From contig OX442314.1 of assembly GCA_949358305.1 (NCBI GenBank), forward strand, positions 19,592,001 to 19,656,000: a stretch of 64,000 nt of DNA, given 5' to 3'. The translations under genes and the position numbers were made by a program. The notes under the pieces are model-generated. The model ran no database searches, had not been told where the DNA came from, and saw only the letters and a program-made list of their open reading frames with translations. How positions within the stretch are numbered: the first letter of the stretch is position 1; every line of letters begins with the position of its first letter. Positions 14,704-25,798 of this stretch are shown here, piece by piece. The stretch comes from Strigamia acuminata (Eukaryota).

Positions 14704-14980
14704 TATTTTTAGTTTGAATCGAAGTTGTTTTTATTTAGATTTATATTTTTATTCTTTTTTATAAGTTTTATATTTGTAAAATTATTAATTTTAGCATTTT
14801 ACTGCCTGCACGACAATTGAAACACCTATCAATATTGCTACTTTGGTTGTGCGGTTATTGATTAGAGAAAGAGAAAATACCTTATCTGGAAATAAATATG
14901 ACAACTTGTATAAATGTAATTAAAATATTTATTTAAATTTAATATTACGATGGTTACAATTAATAATGTTGATCGCGGAT

Positions 14981-15100
14981 TGATAAATCCAATTGAGGTT
15001 TTAATAATAGACAATTGTTTTAATATTACTTTGTCACTCTGTAAAGAAATTGACACACATATTCGATCCAAAAACTTTAATTTAAAATTTATGTTCATTG
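14981..15100 (+). pseudogene. 3' remnant of a second LRR gene copy
   Basis: Diverged repeat of about 14568-14690 (TGATAAATyCAATTGAGGTTTTAA...AACTTTAATTTAAAATTTA). Confidence 0.7.
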
Positions 15101-15562
15101 TACTTGTAGTGTAAAATGCCACACATTCAATTTTCCATGATTTTGTGCAGGTTTGAACAAATCAACCACCATTACGGTTATCTCAGCAGGAAAGATATTT
15201 GTTAATTAATTAGATGTGTTGGAGATTTACTGACCAGCAATGTGTTGTTGGTCACCACCAGGAGCGCTGATGACGTTAACGAGACAGTACGCGTGAATTG
15301 ACCAATCAGAGTGTTATATAAACTGTTTGCATTTTAATAAAAATCACTTATTATCGTAAATACAGTTATTATAGATCCCCCTAGATGACGCCACTTGCCA
15401 CTCGCCAATTTTCGTCGAGGTTTTCGTTTATCCAGGTCTGGCTGCCTCACAGCGGCATTGGTTGAAAACATTACATCATCATCCATCACAAACTCTTTTA
15501 TAAACACGCAAATTGAAGTTCTAAAGTCTTTGTGATGCAAGCACAGAAGAAATTCTGATCCA

Positions 15563-17533
15563 ATGTCAACGGCGTATAGTTTGGTATCAATTATCACAGC
15601 TGGTAACATTCAGCAATTAAGAAAATGTCTAAAAGACGGAGGACGAGTTGACTTTGCTGATTACAGAGGATGGTTTCCATTGCATGAGGCAGTGTTTTTG
15701 AATCGTAGCGAATGTGTCGAAGAACTATTACTTTTTAGTAATTATATTCAATCATATTTTTTTGCCTTTTATTTATGACGAATTTTTATTGCAGGGAAAT
15801 CGAGTCTAAATTGGATGACACACAAAGGCGAAACAGCCTTGTTATTAGCGTGCAAATACAAACGTGACGAAATTGTAAAATTACTATTGCAACTTGGTGC
15901 TAATCCAAACATCCATGATGACAGTGGACAATTGGCACTTATTTGGGGTCGATATATTTAAATAGCTTATTTTTAGCACACTTTACCAATAATAATAATG
16001 ATATTAATAAAAATAATACTCATTATGTAACTTATATTTTCAGCGATGAGATCGAGCTTGAGCGATGAATGCGTTCACATGTTACTTGAGTCTGGAGCCA
16101 GTTTGAGCGATGCTTTATCGTACGCTGAAACGTCTCAAGATGATGTGCTTTTAAAGCAACTTTGTCTATTACCGCATGGCATCTGCGATTACGATAACGA
16201 ACTTATAAATGCAGCTGAATGTGGGAATTTTAAGGTTATAGAAAGTTTAATCAGCCTAAGTAGAGCAAACGCTAACCATATATCGCCGTATGGACAAACT
16301 GCTTTACACTTTGCTATTGCTCGGTCAGCACCTTCGAGGTGAATACAATTTTGAAATTAACTTTGTCCTTGCCTAGTTGTTGTAGTGTTGAACTTGATTG
16401 AACGATTGATGTCATCAATATAATTTTAAAATGAGACAAAAAGATTGTACTAACAAGTAAGCATTTTTTTTTTTTTTTTTTTTTTTTTGGAAATTACATA
16501 GACACTAATGACTCGTTTGATTTACTTATTTACTTATTTATTTATTTTGATGTATTGGAAGTGGTTTACTTTACTTTTAGAATCATAGATTTACTTTTGG
16601 ATAACATGAATCCCAAAAAGTTAGGAATTCGTTGCAGTATGTCAATTGTTCATTTCGCGGTGGAGAAAAGAAGGTAACTGATTTCTTTTTACCTGTATTT
16701 CTAAGTTTATAATAGAAGTTAATTTTATTTTTATTTCAGACACGATACGGTGGAACGTTTAATCGGGATGGAATTTCCCGTTTATTCAAAACTGGAATCA
16801 ACATCATGTTTTGAAAACTACGAATTATCGCCACTGTACGCAGCCATTCAGTTAAGCGACGAGCACAGCCTAAAATTGCTTCTTAAGTCCGGTGTCGATC
16901 CAAACGAGCTCACTGCTAGTGATTTCAGTTTGTTGTCGTTTGCAATTCGTCGCAACGAAGAGGAAATAGTGAAGTTACTAATTTATTACGGAAGCGATGT
17001 CAATGTTTGCCATGACAAAAACGATGTGCCGCAAGCTGGACAATACGCGGTTGCAAATGGTTATTTGGAGACGTTGGAATTTCTGCTCAAAATGGGGATG
17101 AGGAATGTTATGTTTTATAACGATGCAACTAAGGCAGTGACTGACTTGTGGCACTGTTTGGTTTTCTCAGTTGGTTTTGATGAGGAATATGTTGCTAAAG
17201 TATTAAAGATTTTATGGAAATACGAAGAGTTGCACGTTTGGCAAACGCAGTTGCAGTATTTTAAATCATTGAGTAATAAATTTTGTGAAATGGATTGGTC
17301 ACCATTCATCGGTATAAATAAATATAAACAACTTTCGAAAGTTTTATTATTAATAAACGTTTCTTTTTTTTTTTTAAATTACAGGTGCACCTCATTCGCT
17401 TCTTCATCTTTCACGTCTTAAAATTAGGAATTCGATCATGGATTGCAAACCGCCTTCTATGTATTCGCGTATTTGTAAAATACAACGTTTTGAAATACCT
17501 GTGGAACTAAAAAGTTATATTTTGTTTGTTTGA
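15563..17533 (+). CDS. Ankyrin repeat and SOCS box (ASB-family) protein, 478 aa
   Basis: Exons 15563-15737, 15795-15947, 16044-16338, 16581-16673, 16740-17311, 17385-17533 join in frame; ankyrin motifs GWFPLHEAV, GETALLLAC, GQTALHFAI; SOCS box PHSLLHLSRLKIR...IPVELKSYILF. Confidence 0.88.
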
Positions 17534-18611
17534 GATTTTTATTTAATGTTTTTTTTTGTATTTTTAAAATTCTTTTCATGAAAAATATATGTTGATGTAC
17601 GATGAATTATTGAATGAATGAATGAATGAAAAAAATCACATCAAGTTTAGTATTTTTCTTGAAGTTGTTTTCATTATGAATTGGGTGGTGCACCATAGAC
17701 GGAAGCGGAACTAACAAGTAAGCTCACCATAGCGCACTGTCCTTATTTGGTAATTTCGTTTAAGCCGCCTATCGGGAATTGGGGACAGAACAGGAGGCAC
17801 CTTTCAGCTCGATAAGACAATTTATCGAAGATTTAAACTGGAAAATCAGACATTTTAGGCGACCGTCAGGTAAGTAATTTAAATCATTTTTTCAACAAAA
17901 CTCATCGAAATCAAAATTCTAAAAACAAAGTGTGAAAACACCAAAAAAAAAACTGTTAGGCCTAATTTACTCTCGATTGTGATTCTCCTTATCACTATGC
18001 AAACTTGTTGGGTGAGCGATCCAACCCACAGCACACAGATAATAAATACCACGCAATGCCGCGTAACAATGCGCAAATGTACCTCATTTAAACATATTTA
18101 CTTAAGACTTAAAGCGGCCACACCTTGAGCTTGACCCGGAATGACCGCTTATTTTACCCGCGAGAAATGAACCAGAAAGAAATATGTCGTCATTTTCTTT
18201 TAATTTTTCAAAAAATAAAACAAACTAAACCAAATAAATCTTGTTTCTGCAGCACAAATGACATTTGAGTAAAAAAATGTCGAGTTGCAGAAAATAAAAT
18301 TGAAATTGTTTAGTATTCCAATACTGTACTCGTTGTGTAATAAAAATACATGAAAATAATATGAAGCTTTATGTATATGAGATGGAAAAGCAGCAATGAT
18401 AAAGTTTAGTTTTTAAATGTCACCTTTTGTTAAATTTCAGATTTAAAAAAAAAGTGTCAGTCACCGCTGATTCATTCCAAAGTGATGTAAATTGATAATG
18501 AAACGGTTAATTTTTTTTAATAGTCACATTCTTCTTTACGTTTCTACCATTAGTTACTGCGATTTTCATTTTCTCTCTTGTTTAAACTTTAGGTTGCACT
18601 TCTACACGAAA

Positions 18612-19993
18612 ATGGCGCCCACAACAACAATTGAAACAGTCACAATTGTGAGGCCGTTAAAAGTAAGAATGAAAACACCTGTCAAAACATCTATTCATTA
18701 TTATTACAAATACAAATATTTATTTTTTTTATTTTCATTTTAGGTGATTGCATTTATATGTGGCCTGATCGTCGTCCTCCTAATGATTCTATGCCTTGCT
18801 AGTTCCTATTGGCTTACAGCTGACAGATTCCGTCAAGGGTTATGGGAACATTGCGTGGATGAATATGCTCCAACTCCTTTGCCTTTTAACATTACGGATG
18901 ACCCGGGATGCTACAGGGCACGGAGCATGGGTATTTTGGATAAAACGAATTTATTTTATTTTATTTTTATAATTATTTCTTTTTCAAGCTTACATACAAG
19001 CAGCGGCAGCGTTGTGCGTAATCTGTCTTCTTAGTGATCTTTTCGCAACTATTATCACGGGATGTGGCCTGTGCAGTAAGGATCCGCAAAGGAAATATTT
19101 GTTTTACCGCATCGCAGTTTATGTTATGGTTTTTGCACGTAAGCTTATGTTTTTTCTCGGTTTAAAAATGTAATAATTTGTAATTGTACTATCGGGGTTT
19201 GTTTAGTACGTCGTTAATCGTTATCGCTTGTATTCGTTTGCGGCAGGAAAAATTCTTCATTAAATATAGTAGAAAACTCTCGAGTTTTACACCCGAGGTA
19301 CGGGTGAGAATGAAGGTAAGGTGATTGATTAATCACAATCTAGATTCGATTAGTTGATCACCTGTTTGGTCTGTTTTCGAAGGGTATTCGTCAAACGTAC
19401 TAAATTGTGCGAATCAAAAGCTTGTTTTTATATAAACAGAATCTTAAATTGAAAATAAAAAGCTGTTACTCTTCAACAAGACCAATGTTTACCTCGGATA
19501 AAAATTGATTAAAATTTTGACCTAAGTCAATTGATAATTGAGTGCAGTTTTTTTATCAGCACAAGTTATTTATACTGATAAAATGCTTTGACTAAAGCAG
19601 TCCTGCCGGCTCTGCAGCGATAAACGATGGAATATTTTGAGATAAGAAATTGAATACTGTTTAATAACGTATTGTACTCAATTTGTTCTCAATTTAGTGG
19701 ATATTATTCGTAGTCGGTTAATTTATTTAGTTATTAATATACGTTTTTTTTATTTTTTTATTGTAGTTATTTGTGTCCTCATCGCTCTCGTCATTTATCC
19801 CGCATGTTTTGCGGCGGAAATTGATTATGGGAACCGGCAGCTTTGGGAGTTCGGCTGGGCATACGGCGTTGGATGGGGAGCAGCCATTTTTCTGTTCGGT
19901 GCTATTGTTTTGCTCTTGTGCGACAAGGAAACAGATGAAATCTATTACAAAGAAAGAACAATAATCCATGAAAATGGGGACTCCAAGGCATGA
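18612..19993 (+). CDS. TMEM47: Transmembrane protein 47-like (PMP22/claudin superfamily), 204 aa
   Basis: Exons 18612-18662, 18744-18930, 18989-19138, 19767-19993 in frame; W..GLW..C..C loop, four hydrophobic segments, FGWAYGVGW motif; likely non-coding exon ending 17869 (CAG|GTAAGT). Confidence 0.88.
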
Positions 19994-21846
19994 ATGAATA
20001 AATGAATGAAGTGTGTCAGCAAAAGTGGAAGCGGGTTAAATGGATTTATTGTAACAGTGTCCTAACTTCAGGGAATGAATTGAAAAAGAAATGAGAATTT
20101 TTATTTGTAGAAATGATATCGTAGTTGGTTTTTATGTTCCCATTATAGTAGTGCCCGGGATGAAATTGTTTATTGACAAAATGTACAAAGTTAAGATTTA
20201 TAAGCGAGTGCAAGAAATTAATTTAGTTTACGTATGGCAAAATCAGAGGATGGTTTTTCAGAATTCTAACTTATACAATACCAGGCTTCCAATTACTGTT
20301 TTCAATTGGACTTTTTCCTTTTTATTTTTTGACTTTTCAGCTAAAGGAAATTTTAGATTTTTTTGTTTTTGTTTTTACATTCCTCACTGAAACCTTATTT
20401 TGCATTTAAAAAAATTTGTTTAATATTTGCAGTCATTTTAATCACGTATTGATCATTTCTAGTTTTGTTAATTGTTTTAAGTATCCTTTACAACAGTAAT
20501 AAATAATGTTTACTTATAGTTATACATTTTTTAAAAGCATTTGTTATAAACTGCCATAGTTGCAATTTACATAAATAGATTTTAAAAACATTAGAATAGT
20601 CAAACTTTCCACCCGGATCAGTTTGTTTACTATAAAAGCAAATATTGAATTCCTATTTTTTTTTAAATGGCTGTTATGACTGATAAACTTCTAATTGTAT
20701 TATATATTACACACTAACCTCAATTTTTAAGTTGTATTCATGGAAAATTTAAATTAATTTAAGTGTGAAATTAGAAGCCACAGTGCCTCGTGTTTAGCCA
20801 CATTTAATTGCATTCGTGTTCTTAAATATTTAACTAAATGCTGGTATGTTCGGGTAGTTAGAACTTTATCAATGCAGCCCTTATTTTCTTAAGCGCAGGT
20901 CTTTTTTTCCTCAAAGAAATGGAAGAAATATCGTTTATTAGTGTTAACATAATAATGGTATAAAGAATTTAAAATGTTTAATAGTGTTGCTTGTAGATCA
21001 TGCTATCGAATGAGTGAAAACTGAAAAGATATGAAATCTGTTTTTGACTAAATATTTCTTGCAGAAAAGCTGCAGTGCGTAAGGTATTAGGTTTGTAATG
21101 TTTTTTACGACCTAAGACCACAATGAAATAAATTTATTTTAAATTGTTTATTCTTTTTCGCTGTTTTTTTGGGCATGGATCGAGAAATCTTGTACATTTT
21201 TTTTTGCTTTCTTTGTAATAGAAAAAAAAATGAATTGGATTTTAGATTTCAATTGAGGAAAATCGTTATAATTTTTTAGTTTTTTTTATTTTATATCGTT
21301 TTGTTCATTCTTTCAATAAAAAGAAATGAATTGCTAGCAGCTGTTTACAAATTTAATGTATAAAGACATGTGAAAATGTTAATTCAGTTAAGCTACAGGT
21401 GAACTTTTAATTCCCTCGAGTGTGGATTTTTGCCCTCTTTCGTTGCATTTGGAGGAAAAAATGCACTGTTTTTGGTTGTGTTTTTATTGTTATCTTTATG
21501 ATTATTTATATTTTATAATGTATTTTAGCAACTCTCCTTGCCCTATACATATCATACAAAAGTAATGAGTAGTTTTAGTTGTTTTCTTACATGTGAAAAT
21601 CGCTCAGTCTGTGGACAATCATTGGAAATTAGGTTCAAATGATTTTAATATGGAATTCAACAAAAACTATTTGCTCTTCACTGTACTTATATATGAGTTT
21701 ACATTTCTGGAATATAGGGTAGCTTTATTTATTGCGTCTTTGTTGGTAGTGCTTCAATTTTGGCTGTAAAAGTTTTGGTTTTTTTGGTTTGAATTTTTTT
21801 TTTTTCAGTTTTCTTTTGTTTTTGTAAATAAAAATTGCATTTATTC

Positions 21847-22008
21847 AGTATTTTTAGTTTGAATCGAAGTTGTTTTTATTTAAATTTATATTTTTATTCA
21901 TTTTTGTAAGTTTTAAATTTGTAAAATTATTAATTTTAGCATTGTACTGCCTGCACGACGAGTGTTGAAACAAACACCTGTCAATTGCTACTACGGTTGT
22001 GAGTTATT
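21847..22008 (+). repeat. Duplicate of the LRR gene 3' flank (about 14703-14858)
   Basis: AGTATTTTTAGTTTGAATCGAAG...CTGCCTGCACGAC matches with few changes. Confidence 0.85.
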
Positions 22009-22146
22009 TTCTTTTGCGAGTGCAGTGCGGTTTCCGTAAATAACCGCATCGCACGCGGTATATCGCAAAACCGAAAAAACTGCGAAGAACCACTTACATC
22101 TCAAAAAACCGCATCAAATCGCACATCCGCAAAAACTGGAAAACCG

Positions 22147-22699
22147 AGTTCTAGCTGCGATTGGTAAAAATTGTCTGTAATTACGACATCTAGACTTATC
22201 CTATGACAAAAGGTTTACTGATGCGGGACTGCTTTCATTAAGCAATTGCAAGAAACTGGAGTATTTGTGTATAATTAACACTAGGGTCTCATGCCATGGG
22301 CGTCTTTTCATTTCAAACCAACTATCACTTTTAAAACGGCTTGTAAGTTATTTGTGGTTCGGGAATGATGGTTTATTTGATGTGTTAATACGACAGTTCA
22401 AATCGGAGAAAACGTTACGTATACTTATTCCATCAATGAAGTCGATTTAGAGCCAGTTGCGAACAATATTGAAGATATCATAATTGTGACTTTAATTTTC
22501 CCTAATATAACCAACTTACAAGTTAGTGATAGATGCATCGATTAGTCTGGATTTAAATGTTGTCTTGGCGCGGTCACAACGATTGACCACTCTACAACTC
22601 TCTCATTTTACATTAGTTAATCTCAAACTTATTGATTATTATTGCCCGTTGTGAGACAATTTAGTTTTGAAAGTTTGTACTATTTCGAACATTAAAGGT
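22147..22699 (+). pseudogene. LRR pseudogene, part before the retrotransposon insertion
   Basis: Matches about 13760-14304 with a nonsense change (CTGTAA vs CTGCAA), indels and frameshifts; 5' end missing. Confidence 0.88.
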
Positions 22700-23199
22700 T
22701 GTTACGATCTCAAATGTTCACTTCATTTGTGGAGAGGTTTTTTCTACCACGTTTTTAAGATATTATTTATATTTTAACCATAATCATTAGAATTGTGTTT
22801 TTTGCCGTGCACCTGTTGCGCTTTTGGGCAATTGGCCCAGAAGCTGTAACGGCTGCCCTGGCATTTTGAGCCCTGGATTGGGGCGTTGCTAAGTCAATCC
22901 CCAAATTTTGCACCGTTGCTAGGGCTGAAGCGTGCCTTGGCACACGCCACGCCTGCGCACTGGCCGTTTTCCGGCCATATTCCGAGTAATAATTCGAATT
23001 ATTACTCACTCTTTGCATCACACTCATACCGTTCACACCGACACAGCTTTGTTCAACCAAAAAACACTGTTTTGTCCGTGACTCGTGAGTTTTGCCAAGT
23101 TTCAACCCGATTTGTTTGAACCAACGTTCAAACGAATCACTTTCCGAGCCGCGAAGACGACGCACGACGGCCCAAACCACCGTCGTTCCCGCCGCCGCC
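22700..23199 (+). repeat. Truncated LTR (first 500 bp)
   Basis: Matches 24529-25028, then switches to internal sequence equal to 54056 onward. Confidence 0.92.
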
Positions 23200-24273
23200 A
23201 CGTGCCTAAGAACGGCCGCCATGGCCGTTAAACCAGAATTTCTAGATTGTTGGCGGTCCATCCAGTTGGATCCGCCCACCATGTGCAGCGAATTGATGCG
23301 CCAAGTCGCCGTCATTGGGGAAAATCCGGCCGCATCGGCCATTCGTCTCCGACGCGAGTGGGACATGCGCAAGATCACTTTTCAGCAAGAACTGAAAACG
23401 ATTCGACCGGCAGGAATGCCGCCGAGGGATCAGACGCCTAAAAGAAAGATGCCAGAAGCCACTTACACGCCAACTGCTGCCGCAATCGAAAGCCAAGCTG
23501 TTACCCAAACCACGACTGAACCGTCCAATGGTCATGTCGCCATGGAGATAGAAAATTTTGACGATCCTAGACCAGGACCAAGTCGAGGACGAGCTGCAGC
23601 ACCAAGCTCAACCACGTTTTTTACGCACGTCGAAAACACCGATTTGGGGGCACGACCCAAAACTCGACCGAAACCACGCGGAGCTTTGATCCTCCGGCCA
23701 GGGGGCCGATCTTGTTACGTAAAACGTCCAGACGAGTCAGCTGCAGAGCCCAACCCGCCGACGCCACCAAGGAGCGTGCATTCACCTATTCGTGCACCCA
23801 CACCTTCACCCGGAAAAGACGATCCGAAGATGCAGATTCAACCGGCGGCTGGAGCTGCCGAAACCAAGAAGCAAGAGAGCAGCCCGATCTACATTATGCT
23901 GCGAAGAACTTACCCAAGACTCGAGATGCACCCGCATACTCGAATTTTGCTCAAACACAATGTGGAGCTGTGCCACCACGTTTTTAACTGGCTTGAGCGG
24001 AAGATACGAAAGAAGAGGCCGTGGATGTTGCATCAACGGCTGATCCGAGCTCGCCGACGCCCGTCCAACCCGCAAGAATTTTACGAAATGGCGTTTGGAG
24101 ATGACGCCTTATCCCGACTCATCCGAAGTGTGTGGATACACGTCAACCCCGGCCTTTCGTCAGGGCCGAATACGGGACAACCGTTTATCAATGTCAACGA
24201 GAGCGGAAATCCGTTGTCCGACGAGACGGACATGATGTCAATAGACTTACCTTCGCCCAAAACACCCGAGTAG
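23092..24273 (+). CDS. Chimeric ORF: LTR sequence fused to the uninterrupted C-terminal part of ORF3 (first ATG 23221, 350 aa)
   Basis: 23200-24528 equals 54056-54879 plus 59691-60195; expression not shown. Confidence 0.5.
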   Translation: MPSFNPICLNQRSNESLSEPRRRRTTAQTTVVPAAATCLRTAAMAVKPEFLDCWRSIQLDPPTMCSELMRQVAVIGENPAASAIRLRREWDMRKITFQQELKTIRPAGMPPRDQTPKRKMPEATYTPTAAAIESQAVTQTTTEPSNGHVAMEIENFDDPRPGPSRGRAAAPSSTTFFTHVENTDLGARPKTRPKPRGALILRPGGRSCYVKRPDESAAEPNPPTPPRSVHSPIRAPTPSPGKDDPKMQIQPAAGAAETKKQESSPIYIMLRRTYPRLEMHPHTRILLKHNVELCHHVFNWLERKIRKKRPWMLHQRLIRARRRPSNPQEFYEMAFGDDALSRLIRSVWIHVNPGLSSGPNTGQPFINVNESGNPLSDETDMMSIDLPSPKTPE

Positions 24274-24528
24274 GCCGATTGCGGCCAGAGAACAGAAACA
24301 AATATGGTTGTTTCCGAAAATAAGTCTTTTCGAGAAACGTTTATTTTCATGAATATCCCTTTCATTTAATTATTTAATCACCAATGTTTTCTTTTAATGC
24401 ATGTATCTATTATTATATAACGAATATTAAAAAATATCTATGTCAAATCTGGAAAAAGAAAATTACCTGGTCTTGTTGTAATTAACTAAGAAACAAACAA
24501 AAAATTGTAAAAGTTAATTGGGGGGAAG

Positions 24529-25707
24529 TGTTACGATCTCAAATGTTCACTTCATTTGTGGAGAGGTTTTTTCTACCACGTTTTTAAGATATTATTTATA
24601 TTTTAACCATAATCATTAGAATTGTGTTTTTTGCCGTGCACCTGTTGCGCTTTTGGGCAATTGGCCCAGAAGCTGTAACGGCTGCCCTGGCATTTTGAGC
24701 CCTGGATTGGGGCGTTGCTAAGTCAATCCCCAAATTTTGCACCGTTGCTAGGGCTGAAGCGTGCCTTGGCACACGCCACGCCTGCGCACTGGCCGTTTTC
24801 CGGCCATATTCCGAGTAATAATTCGAATTATTACTCACTCTTTGCATCACACTCATACCGTTCACACCGACACAGCTTTGTTCAACCAAAAAACACTGTT
24901 TTGTCCGTGACTCGTGAGTTTTGCCAAGTTTCAACCCGATTTGTTTGAACCAACGTTCAAACGAATCACTTTCCGAGCCGCGAAGACGACGCACGACGGC
25001 CCAAACCACCGTCGTTCCCGCCGCCGCCCGAAGACCAACGCGCCCACGCCGTTGAAGATCGACGCCAGCCAGCCGCCGAGGATTGCAGAGCCATCGTCGC
25101 CGCTCCTCGACCTGTTGACGACGATTCCGATTCAGATTGTAGCGGATCTCCAGTCAGGTTTTAACGATCGGCGGTACCCGCCGTTTGACTACTTGTCTCC
25201 AACGGAAATCTCCCGTTGCAATCTAGGGTTTAACCTAAGATTTCCCGTCTTGTCAGGCTTAACAGCCGACACTCTTTGTGAAGTCTTTCGGCTTCACGCT
25301 TCCTTTCTCACTTCGCAGAATTTGCGCGGCGACGTGTCGCCATTTCTGCACTGCTTTTTCCCGCCCGAAGGAGTCCCGCGCTGCTTCGAGCACGTCGCCT
25401 TCCACGTCGACGATCTTATCCTCATAGAACCCATCTTATTAACATTCTCTTCAATAGAACCTGTAATTAACGCTCAATAAATTGATTAACTGTTTGATTT
25501 AAAATAACTAAACTAGCCTTTATTCGAGATCAAATCCCTAGACACCGACTTAACGGCTAACCCACCCGATAGAAGACCTATAAACGGCATTCAACTGCTT
25601 CCACAGGTGAACGCCGGGATCTCTTGCAATTGGAAAAATCCCATAGTGACTAAATATAAATTTAGTGTTGTTGTGAAAAGTCAATTGGAACCATCAGGAA
25701 CGCAACA
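24529..25707 (+). repeat. Middle (shared) LTR, 1179 bp
   Basis: Preceded by PPT GGGGGGAAG (24520-24528) and followed by the PBS; near-identical to 60196-61374. Confidence 0.95.
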
Positions 25708-25709
25708 CT

Positions 25710-25727
25710 TGGGGGCCCGTCCGGGAT
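25710..25727 (+). promoter_or_regulatory. Primer-binding site, tRNA-Pro type
   Basis: TGGGGGCCCGTCCGGGAT, one mismatch from the canonical tRNA-Pro PBS TGGGGGCTCGTCCGGGAT, 2 nt after the LTR. Confidence 0.88.
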
Positions 25728-25798
25728 TACCAATTGTTTAAACTTAGAATTTATTCCTACTTTCCTATCATCTTTCTCTCTTATCTGTCTAACTCAGT

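Noticed and set aside
19190..19640. Weak inverted ends in the TMEM47 intron; also CAGTG/ACCGCA repeats at 22023-22145 and a CCCTG end near 63307
   Set aside because: Possible MITE or hAT relics, but TIR pairs and TSDs could not be defined.
23190..23210. First unit as a retrocopy of a spliced RNA
   Set aside because: No GT donor or AG acceptor at the junction; microhomology fits better.
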